Assembly: GCA_023396365.1 (NCBI GenBank)
Contig: JAEWWL010000007.1
Span: 1,288-65,287, forward strand
Origin: Methanobacteriota archaeon
Lineage (GTDB): Archaea; Halobacteriota; Methanomicrobia; Methanomicrobiales; Methanomicrobiaceae
DNA: 64,000 bases
Reading direction: 5' to 3'
Position numbers and translations under genes: made by a program. The notes under the pieces are model-generated. The model was not told the origin of the DNA, searched no databases, and saw nothing but the letters and a program-made list of their open reading frames with translations. Shown here piece by piece: positions 10,288 to 19,616 of this stretch (positions are counted from its first letter, which is position 1; the number at the start of each line of letters is the position of its first letter).

Positions 10288-11748
10288 TCAGCTGAACTGA
10301 TAGTGCTTTCTTAAAAAATCCCGTATTTTTTCTGACTCAAGCCACCGCTTATCAAGCCTGTTTACAAGTTTATCTATAACTGCTGCCTGCTCTATTATTT
10401 TATCCGTGTAGGAAAACTCCTCAAGCATCACATAGCCTATGATTGCCTGGAGAGGATTTCTGATTTCATCATTTAAAATGGCAAGCTGCTCAAAATTTTT
10501 CTCTATCTGCTCAAGAGATCTTTTCTGATCTTTTCTAAGATTGATTAAATCTGTAATGTCAGTAAATATCGATGCAAACCGGCCCACTGACGGGCTGTAT
10601 GAGTAGATATTGTAATATCTGTCAAAGAGCCTGTTGTAGTCTGTGAATTCAGCCGGCTCTCCTGACAATGCAACACCTGCATATATTTTGAGAATGTCCT
10701 TATTTTCATAAGGAAATATTTCAAAAAAAGTTCTTCCCTTAATAACAGATGCATCAAGGCCGGTCATCTTTTCAAATGCGGGATTAATCTCTAAAAATCT
10801 GAAATCGCATGGTTTTCCACTGCTGTCTGTTATTAACTCATGAAGCACAAATCCGCTGCTCATCGTTGAGAACAACTCCCTGTACTGTTTTTCACTAATC
10901 TCAAGCGCCTTTTCTGCTTTTTTTCTTCTTGATATATCAAGTACTGATTCCACAGCGCCTGTCAGATTTTTATTTTCGTCAAACACAGGATATGCAGATA
11001 CTTTTATACACCGGCCGTCTTTTCTTGTTTTCTCTTCTGTCACCGGAGTTTTGGCAGTCATTGCTTTTTTTATTGTGCAGTCCTCACACGGAGATGCCCT
11101 GTTATACCAGAGTTCATAGCATGTCTTTCCTGTAAGCTCTTCCGGCCTTAAATTAACAGATTCGGCAGGCTCTTTATTCGCCCAGATTATTTTGAAATCA
11201 AGATCATAATATACTAAATTTTCATGAACAGAGTTGAGGATTAATGTTTTTTCCTCCTCTGATCTTTTTATCCTTTCTTCATGGCTTTTATTTACAGAGA
11301 TGTCGCGTGAATATATGCATGCAATCTTAAGACTGCCAAAATTCACCGGCTTTGCACAGGACTCGACCGGATATACTGTTCCGTCGCTTCTTTTATGATA
11401 TGTCTCATATGAAAAACCGCTTTTTTCTTTGAAAAGTGTTTTCAACTGTTTTAGAATGTCTCTTCCTGATGATTCAGGACGCAGGTCTTCAATTTTCCTT
11501 GATAAAATTTCTTCAGATGAGTATCCGAGATTTCTGCATGCACTTTCATTTGCATAAAGAATATCCCCATCTTCATTAACCCAGTATATTTCATCAACAG
11601 AATTTTCAAGTGAAATACTAATAAGAGAAAAAAGAATATCCTCTGAATTTTCTTTCAGTACTTCTGAAACTTTGCTGATAACAGGATTAATTTCAGATGC
11701 ATCACAGTGCATATTCCGGCCGGATTTTTTATATTTTTTTTCAGACAT
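10288..11748 (-). CDS. multi-PAS/PAC sensor protein with C-terminal DHp-like helix pair but no ATPase domain
   Basis: 486 aa with three PAS/PAC-like modules (for example ISLENSVDEIYWVNEDGDILYANESACRNLGYS and SGFVLHELITDSSGKPCDFRFLEINPAFEKMTG). The C-terminus LAILNDEIRNPLQAIIGY resembles a HisKA H-box with Asp in place of His, and the protein ends ~60 aa later. Confidence 0.8.
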   Translation of the reverse strand: MSEKKYKKSGRNMHCDASEINPVISKVSEVLKENSEDILFSLISISLENSVDEIYWVNEDGDILYANESACRNLGYSSEEILSRKIEDLRPESSGRDILKQLKTLFKEKSGFSYETYHKRSDGTVYPVESCAKPVNFGSLKIACIYSRDISVNKSHEERIKRSEEEKTLILNSVHENLVYYDLDFKIIWANKEPAESVNLRPEELTGKTCYELWYNRASPCEDCTIKKAMTAKTPVTEEKTRKDGRCIKVSAYPVFDENKNLTGAVESVLDISRRKKAEKALEISEKQYRELFSTMSSGFVLHELITDSSGKPCDFRFLEINPAFEKMTGLDASVIKGRTFFEIFPYENKDILKIYAGVALSGEPAEFTDYNRLFDRYYNIYSYSPSVGRFASIFTDITDLINLRKDQKRSLEQIEKNFEQLAILNDEIRNPLQAIIGYVMLEEFSYTDKIIEQAAVIDKLVNRLDKRWLESEKIRDFLRKHYQFS

Positions 11749-11944
11749 CTCTCATCTCTGATATTGAAATAAGTCTATTTCTGCCTTTCACAATATCACT
11801 CTATATAATATTGTGAAATTTTTACTGAGTGAAGAACACTTTTTTTAATTAAATAATGAATTTTTTTTTTATTCATTTCAAAATGATATATGGCGGATAT
11901 ATAATGTTTTAATTTCAATATTAGGGGCAGCCGGCCTGAGAAAT

Positions 11945-13021
11945 ATGGTTTCAAAAAAAGAATTAGCCTATCTTTATGCTGTCCTTTCAGCAGCTCTTTT
12001 TGGAGGATGCGCTCCTGTCGGCAAATATATGCTTGGCAGCATTGAGCCTGTAATTCTTGCAGGTCTTTTCTATCTTGGAAGCGGCTTTGGCCTTTTGATT
12101 TACATTCTTCTGCAGTCTCATAAAAAAGAGAGTCGAAATAAAACTGAAGCTTCACTGCAAAAATCAGATTTGCCATGGCTTATTGGTGTTGTAACCTTCG
12201 GGGGATTTTTAGCTCCGGTAATACTAATGTACAGTCTTGTTATAACACCGGCTGCCACAGCATCTCTTCTTCTGAATTTTGAGGCTGTTGCAACCTCAGT
12301 AATCGCATTTTTCATATTCAGGGAGGCTGTGGGGAGACAAATATGGACCGGACTTTTATTAATAACAATATCCTGTATTATTCTGACCTTTGATCCCTCT
12401 GAAAACTCAGGGTTTTCACCTGGTGCAATAGGAATTTTAGTGGCCTGTTTATTCTGGGCACTGGACAATAATTTCAGCAGAAATATTTCTGGAAAAGATC
12501 CTGTACCGATTGTCTGCATAAAAGGTATTGCGGCAGGACTTTTATCAGTAATATTTGGTATTATAACAGGGCAGCAGCTTCCCGCTCTTAGTGTTTCATT
12601 GCTTGCAATGCTTATTGGATTTCTCTCATACGGCGGTCTTACAAGCGTTTTGTTCCTGTTGTCCCTGCGTGAGATTGGAACTTCACGCACGGGATCTCTT
12701 CTTGCAGTCTCCCCTTTTTTTGGAGTTGTAATCTCATTTGCATTGTTTAACAATCCGCCGGAGACTGTATTTTATATCTCGTTTCCGCTCATGGCAGCCG
12801 GAGTCATTCTTCTAATCTTTGAAAAGCATTCCCATCAGCACTCGCATAAAAGACAGACTCATGAGCACAGACACAGCCATGATATCCATCATAATCACAG
12901 TCATGATGCCACTTCTCTGCCGCTGTCTGAAACATGTGAGCATTCCCATATTCATTCACATGAGGAATTAACTCATGATCATCCCCATACTCCTGATATT
13001 CACCACAGGCATGAGCATTAA
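11945..13021 (+). CDS. EamA/DMT-superfamily transporter with histidine-rich C-terminal tail
   Basis: 358 aa with about 10 predicted TM helices in two EamA-like halves. 23 of the last 66 residues are His (HSHQHSHKRQTHEHRHSHDIHHNHSHD...HSHIHSHEELTHDHPHTPDIHHRHEH). Confidence 0.8.
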   Translation: MVSKKELAYLYAVLSAALFGGCAPVGKYMLGSIEPVILAGLFYLGSGFGLLIYILLQSHKKESRNKTEASLQKSDLPWLIGVVTFGGFLAPVILMYSLVITPAATASLLLNFEAVATSVIAFFIFREAVGRQIWTGLLLITISCIILTFDPSENSGFSPGAIGILVACLFWALDNNFSRNISGKDPVPIVCIKGIAAGLLSVIFGIITGQQLPALSVSLLAMLIGFLSYGGLTSVLFLLSLREIGTSRTGSLLAVSPFFGVVISFALFNNPPETVFYISFPLMAAGVILLIFEKHSHQHSHKRQTHEHRHSHDIHHNHSHDATSLPLSETCEHSHIHSHEELTHDHPHTPDIHHRHEH

Positions 13022-13068
13022 AATAAAAATTTCCTATAAAAAAGAAGAAAAGGAAACAGGACAATATA

Positions 13069-14160
13069 TTGCATCAAGGTGAAGAAGTGGATTTGACAGC
13101 AAAGCCTGATGTTAATGTCAGGCGTCTTTTGATAGCAGCCCTCATTTTTATAATTCTTATCGGAATGAATCAGGCGGCTTATCTGATAAATATGATTGTA
13201 ATTTCGATTATTCTTGCAATGATTGGAACACCGCTTTTTTATTTTTTTAAAAGAAGAGGTTTTTCTGATATATCATCTGTTGCGGCAATAATGGTTATTT
13301 ATGGAATAACAGTTCTGGCATTCATATTTTTAATATTTGAATCTGTAAATATGCTGGCTGCAAATCTTCCCAAATATCAGGAGCTGTTTTCATATCGTCT
13401 CTATGATTTAATGGAAATTCTGAAACCTTTTGGAATTTCAGCAGATACTGCTTATAATTTTGCCCCTGACTGGAGCACAATTTCAAAGATTACAATACAG
13501 GTTGCAGGCGGAGTATCATCACTTATTATGGACTGTTTTTTCATTGTTGTGATAACATGCTTCATGCTTCTTGAAATCCCCGCACTCCCCGGGCGTATGA
13601 AAATATTATCAGACGGAGATGACAGGCTGATAAACGAATACCAGGAGATGTGCAGCAGCATGATAGGCTGGATTGTTGCAAAGACAAAGACAAATATTGT
13701 TCTTGGCGGATCTTTTGGTGCGATGCTCTTTGCCTTTGGAATAGACTTTGCATTGTTCTGGGGTGTTCTTGCAATAATTCTAAGCTATATTCCATATATC
13801 GGCCTGTTAATTGTTGCAGTGCCGGCTGTTATTCTTGCATGGCTTTTGCATGGCATTACCGGTGCTCTGCTGGTTATTGCCGGAATATGCATAATCAATG
13901 CTGTTGTTGAAAATATTGTTTTTTCAAAGTTTGCCGAGAAAGAGATGAACATGCCGCCGCTGGTTGTTATCTTATCACTTGTTCTGTGGACATGGGTTTT
14001 GGGTCCTGTGGGAATGCTTATTTCAGTGCCTCTTACAATAATGATTCTGATTGCTTTTCGTTATATTGAAAGCACAAAATGGATACTTGTTCTTCTTGGA
14101 ATGGATAAAGAAAATCCGGGGAAAAATGATCGCATAAAATCCACCCGGCCTTTGTCATGA
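13069..14160 (+). CDS. AI-2E family transporter (PerM/UPF0118)
   Basis: 363 aa polytopic membrane protein. ...ILSYIPYIGLLIVAVPAVILAWL... is typical of the AI-2E family. The start is uncertain: TTG 13069, or in-frame GTG 13087 / TTG 13093 just behind an AAGGTGA SD-like sequence. Confidence 0.8.
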   Translation: MHQGEEVDLTAKPDVNVRRLLIAALIFIILIGMNQAAYLINMIVISIILAMIGTPLFYFFKRRGFSDISSVAAIMVIYGITVLAFIFLIFESVNMLAANLPKYQELFSYRLYDLMEILKPFGISADTAYNFAPDWSTISKITIQVAGGVSSLIMDCFFIVVITCFMLLEIPALPGRMKILSDGDDRLINEYQEMCSSMIGWIVAKTKTNIVLGGSFGAMLFAFGIDFALFWGVLAIILSYIPYIGLLIVAVPAVILAWLLHGITGALLVIAGICIINAVVENIVFSKFAEKEMNMPPLVVILSLVLWTWVLGPVGMLISVPLTIMILIAFRYIESTKWILVLLGMDKENPGKNDRIKSTRPLS

Positions 14161-14393
14161 AAGGCAAAACAAAATAAAAAATTACAATTTTTAAATTTCA
14201 AAAAATTAAAAATTTAAAAATTTAATCTCAGGATTTAAAAAAAAATCCTTTCCTGACATTTAAAAAATAATCTGTTCTTTAATTAGAAAAAAATTAACCT
14301 GTTCTTCAATTAAAAAAATTTTTGATCTGAAAGATTATGTGATACAGCAGGATTACTGCCATTAAAAATATTAAAAAGAATCTAAAAAATAGG

Positions 14394-14423
14394 ATTTAAA
14401 TGAGATTTATTTAAATGAGATTT
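14394..14423. repeat. perfect tandem duplication, 15 nt x 2 (atttaaatgagattt)
   Basis: Read directly: atttaaatgagattt occurs twice, head to tail, in an A/T-rich convergent spacer. Confidence 0.95.
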
Positions 14424-14482
14424 TTTTGAATAATTTTTTTAAATGTGGAGGTCTTTTTGGATTTTAGTATATTGAATTTTTA

Positions 14483-14581
14483 AACTGTGCCTGTATAAGG
14501 GCAGCCTGAAAAAATTATATTGCGTGTCGGACACGCTTTTTTTTACAGGGTATTATTGGCTTGCCCTTTACTGACACAGTT
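14483..14581. other. ~99-nt nested inverted-repeat element (candidate structured RNA or bidirectional terminator)
   Basis: Outer stem aactgtg (14483-89) / cacagtt (14575-81). Second stem aagggcagcc (14497-506) / ggcttgccctt (14558-68, one bulged t). Central hairpin gcgtg-tcgga-cacgc (14522-36), flanked by A6 upstream and T8 downstream. It is the only GC-rich island in a 445-nt A/T spacer. Confidence 0.4.
14522..14544 (+). terminator. hairpin followed by T8 tract (possible terminator between convergent genes)
   Basis: gcgtgtcggacacgc followed by tttttttt. The complementary strand has the same hairpin followed by aatataatttttt, so it could act in both directions. Confidence 0.35.
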
Positions 14582-14605
14582 AAAGATTGAATTATTATGT
14601 ATTTA

Positions 14606-15604
14606 TTATTCAGGCGTGCGCTGTGAAAGTGAATATTTTTCTTCCTGATACCTAACAAGACTGCAGATGCAGGAGTTGTATGGTGTATTTATTTTATGCA
14701 TCTCTCCAAGCCTTACCACTGCACCGTTGATAAAATCTATCTCTGTTTTTCTTTTCAGTTTCATATCCTGCTGCATTGAAGTAAATACATCTGAAAAGGA
14801 AGGAATCAGATATCCAAAGAGATATTCAAGATACTCTTTAGGATCTGACCATTTTGTTTTTATGCTCTCAGCAGACATTACCGAAAAAGTCTCATTAACA
14901 AGTCCGATGACTAAAGGCTTTAAATTTTCATTAAGAGTTTCACCGACAGGAACTGACAGCAAACCAGTCAGAGGATTAACAGCAATATTCAAAAGCGATT
15001 TCTCCCAGATTGCCGATCGGATATTTTTTGATTTTTCAGCTTTTATTTTAGAGCTTTTAAATATTTCAAGCAGGCTGTCCGTTTCGGACTGATAATGCAA
15101 ATTATCAGGTGATTCATATGGATAAATTCCAAGCCGCAAAGGCTCGCTTTCACTCATTACTTTAACACAACCATCACTTAATGAGCGAAAATTTGTTGTA
15201 ATTGTTGCACCAATTATTTTTTCTGCATATTTTTTAATAATCTCCTCATTTCCTATTCCGTTCTGGATGCTTACAACAACACTGCCTTTTAAAAATACCC
15301 TGTAATCTTCACAGATTTTTTCAGTATCACTGCTCTTTGAGGTTATGAGGATAAAATCAAATTTTTTTGTCTTACTATCAGTGTTTTTTTTCAAAAGCTC
15401 ATCAGGTCTGAAATAGCACTTAATATCCCGGATTGTCTCTTCACCCCAGACTCCTGATAGAAAAAGGCCATCTTTTGAAACTGCATCGGCGTGCTTTTTT
15501 CTGCATACAACAGAGACCACACATTTTTTTGAGAGCATTCCTGCAATTGAAAGGCCTACTGCACCGGCGCCAAGAATTAATATTTCTGGTTTTTTTAAAG
15601 GCAT
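14606..15604 (-). CDS. panE: 2-dehydropantoate 2-reductase (ketopantoate reductase, ApbA/PanE family)
   Basis: 332 aa. N-terminal Rossmann motif ILILGAGAVGLSIAGMLS. Overall length and the C-terminal helical domain are typical of PanE/ApbA. Confidence 0.75.
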   Translation of the reverse strand: MPLKKPEILILGAGAVGLSIAGMLSKKCVVSVVCRKKHADAVSKDGLFLSGVWGEETIRDIKCYFRPDELLKKNTDSKTKKFDFILITSKSSDTEKICEDYRVFLKGSVVVSIQNGIGNEEIIKKYAEKIIGATITTNFRSLSDGCVKVMSESEPLRLGIYPYESPDNLHYQSETDSLLEIFKSSKIKAEKSKNIRSAIWEKSLLNIAVNPLTGLLSVPVGETLNENLKPLVIGLVNETFSVMSAESIKTKWSDPKEYLEYLFGYLIPSFSDVFTSMQQDMKLKRKTEIDFINGAVVRLGEMHKINTPYNSCICSLVRYQEEKYSLSQRTPE

Positions 15605-15749
15605 TTATTGTAAATAGTTACCCCGCACAATAAGATTAGTTTTGGGATGCAGGGATAATTTTTTTCTCATGGACTGCAGAAAAAAATCAAAATAAAAACA
15701 AAAAAATTAAGAAAAGATGAAATAATAATAAAAAGGATTTTATTTGCTG

Positions 15750-16091
15750 TTAATTATCAGGATTAAATAATAGCGCTTCTCTTTCAAGGAAATAACCAAG
15801 AATTGTTCTTATAAGCACTGTAACTGCAAGAATGATAAGCTCTTCCTGTGTCGGGGATATAACTGTCATCAATATATCAGATATTATCAAAAATTCAAGG
15901 CCAAGCACTATTTTTGTTGTCAGATCAAGACGTATCTTCCCGTATGAGCTGCTGCTTTTTTTAATCTCACGCAGAATAATTCCTGCCACTGCAATTACTC
16001 CGCCATATACTATAATTGCAGCGCCGGCAATCTCAAAAAAAAGAACAATTATCTGTATTGCATTAAATACCGGCACCATATCAGTATTCAT
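15750..16091 (-). CDS. small membrane protein, DUF1622-like
   Basis: 113 aa with 3-4 TM segments. IRLDLTTKIVLGLEFLIISDILMTV resembles the conserved core of the DUF1622 family (from memory). Confidence 0.6.
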   Translation of the reverse strand: MNTDMVPVFNAIQIIVLFFEIAGAAIIVYGGVIAVAGIILREIKKSSSSYGKIRLDLTTKIVLGLEFLIISDILMTVISPTQEELIILAVTVLIRTILGYFLEREALLFNPDN

Positions 16092-16129
16092 AATATCAAA
16101 TCTGCCTGTTATCTAAATAAAGAAAGTGT

Positions 16130-17500
16130 TCAGGCTTTTAAAAAGCCTGCATTTTTATATCCCGTTATTCCGCCGGAGGCGTTGTAGACATGCTTAAAGC
16201 CCTTCTGCTTTAATATGGCGCAGGCGATGCTTGAGCGGTGGCCTGAACCGCACATTGCAATAACCGGTTTTTCCGGGTCCAGTTTTGTATACTCTGTTCT
16301 AAGATCCATTCCAAGAATATTAATTGCGCCTTTAACATGGCCTGCCTTAAATTCATCCTTTGAGCGGACATCAACAAGAGTAAAGCCTTCATTTGTAATT
16401 TTTTCATGCACTTCCGCAGGGGATAACTGATAGATGTGTTCGGTTTCAAATCCTGCCATAACCCATGCATGCGTCCCGCCCCTTAAGAATCCAAACGCCC
16501 TGTCAAGACCTACTCTTCTAAGCATGACAGTTGCCTTCTCCGCCTTTTCGGGATTGTTTGTTACAAGCAGTATGTCCTTGTCAGGCGGCAGAATCCAGCC
16601 GGCAAACGTAGAGAAATTTCCACTGACGTCTATATGATAGCTGCCCGGAATGTGCTGGCCGCCAAATGTTGCATAGTCCCTTAAGCTTACAACAATTGTA
16701 TTGCCGTCCTGCATCTTTTCCCTGAATTTTTTCGGGTTCATCGGTTTTGGATGGGAAAGTTTTCTTACAAGGACAGGACCTTTTCTGTTAATATCGCTGC
16801 ATCTTGCAAAATGATCCGGTGCCGGCGGCATATCGACTGTTAAGGATTTTACAAATTCGTCGATATTGTCAATTAAAAGAGCAGGATTGTGAGCCTTCTC
16901 ATAACCAATTGTTGAAAATCTCATCGAACCCATTGCCTTTCCGCATAATGAGCCTGCACCGTGTGCCGGAAGAACAAGGCAGCTGTCAGGAAGCTTCATC
17001 ACTTTGTCATGGAGATTGTGGTAAAGCTTCTCTGCAAGTTCTTTAGCCCTGCCCGGAAAGAGATCCGGCCTTCCGACATCATTTACAAAGAGGGTGTCTC
17101 CGGTAAATGCGACGGCAGGCTCTTCTCCTCTAAAGAGATCAGACACAGCATATACCAGACAGTCGGGAGTATGGCCGGGTGTTTCAAGAACATGAAATTT
17201 CATATCCTCAATTGTGATTTCATCACCTTCCTTTACTGCGACATGATCAAATTCGCAGTTTCCTGCTTTTGGCGCATATATTTTTGCCCCTGTTGCATCC
17301 GCAAGGTCAAGATGGCCGGAGACAAAATCGGCATGCAGATGTGTTTCAATAATATGTGTTATCTGCAGACCTTCCTCTTCTGCAGCTTTTAGGTAACAGT
17401 CAATGTCCCTTGCAGGATCAACTATTGCACAGACTGTATTTCCCCCTATGAGATAGGAGCTGTGTGCAATTTTATCTATAAAAAATTGTTTCAGCAGCAT
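16130..17500 (-). CDS. MBL-fold metallo-hydrolase fused to two rhodanese-like domains (CstB/persulfide-dioxygenase-like architecture)
   Basis: 456 aa. Metallo-beta-lactamase motif ETHLHADFVSGH and later TPGHTPD. The C-terminal rhodanese has the active-site loop CGSGHRSS, and a middle rhodanese-like module lacks an obvious Cys loop. Confidence 0.8.
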   Translation of the reverse strand: MLLKQFFIDKIAHSSYLIGGNTVCAIVDPARDIDCYLKAAEEEGLQITHIIETHLHADFVSGHLDLADATGAKIYAPKAGNCEFDHVAVKEGDEITIEDMKFHVLETPGHTPDCLVYAVSDLFRGEEPAVAFTGDTLFVNDVGRPDLFPGRAKELAEKLYHNLHDKVMKLPDSCLVLPAHGAGSLCGKAMGSMRFSTIGYEKAHNPALLIDNIDEFVKSLTVDMPPAPDHFARCSDINRKGPVLVRKLSHPKPMNPKKFREKMQDGNTIVVSLRDYATFGGQHIPGSYHIDVSGNFSTFAGWILPPDKDILLVTNNPEKAEKATVMLRRVGLDRAFGFLRGGTHAWVMAGFETEHIYQLSPAEVHEKITNEGFTLVDVRSKDEFKAGHVKGAINILGMDLRTEYTKLDPEKPVIAMCGSGHRSSIACAILKQKGFKHVYNASGGITGYKNAGFLKA

Positions 17501-17535
17501 TGTTATTCTCCTGTTTCTCCTTAAGGACAGTAATT

Positions 17536-19323
17536 TTATACAAATAATATATAAATCAATCCCACCGAGATTGAGATAAAAAGCACAGTCATAATACTGC
17601 CCGCTTTTATGAAATCAGAGTTGTGATATCCCCCCTGCCCCATTAAAAATGCATTTACCTGATGTGTTGGCAGAATAAATGAATTTGAGGCGCATACAGC
17701 GGTTAAAAGTGCAAGGCCGCGCGGATCAATTCCTGTATCTATTCCGATGAGTATTACAAGCGGAACAAGAATTACCGTTGCAGCAACATTAGACATAAAC
17801 AGACTGAAAAATGTTGCAAGAACAGCAACTGCAATGAGGATCAAAAGGGGGTTTTCTCCTGCGGCAAAAGCTGTAATGGTTTGTGCGATTAATGCAGCAG
17901 TGCCTGTATTCTCCATTGCTATTCCAAAAGGAATCAGACCTGCTATTAAAAAAACGGTCCGCCAGTCAACAGCCCCGTAAGCCTCGTCAATGTCAAGCAC
18001 TCCGAAAAGAATCATTAAGACAGCTCCGGTAAGTAAAGAGAGGGATAATGACACTCCTGCAAAGGAAAGAGCAATTCCGCCTGCAAAACATGCAACTGCA
18101 ATGAGAGATTTGGATTTTTTCAGCTCTTTTTCTTCAGGATTATGAAGGAGCAAAAATTCACCACTGTTGCCTGCTTTTATAATGCTCTTCCATGACCCGT
18201 ATACAACAAAGGAGTCTCCGGCATTCAATTTAATATCTGAGAATTCATGCCTGTAATCGCCCTCTCTTCCTGAGAATACGATAATCTCAAGCCCGTATGT
18301 ATGTCGAAATGCAATCTCCCTTATTGTTTTTCCAATAAGTTTTGAACGCGGCTTTAAAATAATCTCAGAAAAGCCTGCATTCTCTTCTCCTGTTAATTCA
18401 TCAAGATATGGTGCGGTAAGAGCAGTTTCAAGCCCGTAATCTTCTCTGAAAGTTTCTGCATTTTCAAATGTTCCAAGTATTGTAAGAATCTGGCCGGGGG
18501 CAAAAACAGTATGTCTCCAGGGTGCATATGTGATATTTTTTCCTTCCTTTAAGGCTATAAGAACAAGAGAATATTCTCCTAGATTTAAATTTTCACGTTT
18601 AAGACCTGATATTGGCGATTTTTCAGGAATGAAGAAATGATGCTTCTGTTTTGGAAGATTCCATATATCAAGAAAATTTTCTTTTGCGGATTGTGCATCT
18701 GATTCTGAATCATTCTTTGGAAGAACATATTTTCCAAAAAATGCGAAATAGATGACTGCTGTTAATAAAAGGCAGACACCTATCGGAGTTACTGAAAAGA
18801 AATTAAAAGGCTCAAGGTCTCCCTGTGCAAGAAGATCATTTAGCAGAATCAGCGGTGATGAGCCTATCATTGTAAGTGTCCCGCCTATTATTGCCGAATA
18901 TCCCATTGGAAGAAGAAGCCTTTTTTTAGGTATCTTTGTTTTTTTGGAAATTCTTAAAATTGCCGGCAGAAAAAGTGCTGCCGATCCGATATTCTGAATA
19001 AATGCCGATAAAAATCCCACACAGCCTGAAATGATTCCTGTAATTCTCCTCTCATCATCTCCTCCGATGCTGACAATTTTTCTTGAAAATTTTATCATTA
19101 TGCCTGTTCTGTCAATACCATATCCCAAAATCATGACAGAAATTATTGAAATAACAGCATTGCTTGCAAAGCCCGAAAATGTCTCGGCAGGTGTGATAAG
19201 CCCAAGCCATCCAAGCGTAAGCATAATAATTATTGCAATTACATCAACTCTTAACGCCTCGGTTACAAAAAGAGCAACCATTATCAAAAGAATTAAGCAG
19301 ATAAGAATTATTTCCGGAGTCAT
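17536..19323 (-). CDS. SLC13/DASS-family permease with two central TrkA-C (RCK C-terminal) domains
   Basis: 595 aa. It has N- and C-terminal multi-TM halves separated by ~180 aa of soluble sequence with two repeats (GLKRENLNLGEYSLVLIALKEG..., IGKTIREIAFRHTYGLEIIVFSGREG...) typical of TrkA-C inserts. Confidence 0.8.
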   Translation of the reverse strand: MTPEIILICLILLIMVALFVTEALRVDVIAIIIMLTLGWLGLITPAETFSGFASNAVISIISVMILGYGIDRTGIMIKFSRKIVSIGGDDERRITGIISGCVGFLSAFIQNIGSAALFLPAILRISKKTKIPKKRLLLPMGYSAIIGGTLTMIGSSPLILLNDLLAQGDLEPFNFFSVTPIGVCLLLTAVIYFAFFGKYVLPKNDSESDAQSAKENFLDIWNLPKQKHHFFIPEKSPISGLKRENLNLGEYSLVLIALKEGKNITYAPWRHTVFAPGQILTILGTFENAETFREDYGLETALTAPYLDELTGEENAGFSEIILKPRSKLIGKTIREIAFRHTYGLEIIVFSGREGDYRHEFSDIKLNAGDSFVVYGSWKSIIKAGNSGEFLLLHNPEEKELKKSKSLIAVACFAGGIALSFAGVSLSLSLLTGAVLMILFGVLDIDEAYGAVDWRTVFLIAGLIPFGIAMENTGTAALIAQTITAFAAGENPLLILIAVAVLATFFSLFMSNVAATVILVPLVILIGIDTGIDPRGLALLTAVCASNSFILPTHQVNAFLMGQGGYHNSDFIKAGSIMTVLFISISVGLIYILFV

Positions 19324-19580
19324 GATGCATCACATTTTTTTTTTCGTGGCAAATCTGGCTGCATTTAAGTGAATCTTAGTTGCAGATTATATGAAGCATC
19401 TGCATTCATGGTATTATATTCAAAATAAAGTCTTTAATCATTATAATTGTTTACAATGAACCGCGGTCTATAATAAAATCAGTTTAAAATTTTAAAAAGA
19501 AAAAAGAAAATTACAGGAAAAAAATGAAAAAAATAAAAAAAATAAAAAATTTTAAAAATTAAAAACGATTTGAAAAAATA

Positions 19581-19616
19581 AAAAAAATTGAAAAGATGAA
19601 AAAAATTGAAAAGATT
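19581..19616. repeat. tandem duplication, ~18 nt x 2 (aaaaaaattgaaaagatg / aaaaaaattgaaaagatt)
   Basis: Read directly. It is embedded in a ~150-nt poly-A/T low-complexity spacer upstream of the hem cluster. Confidence 0.9.
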
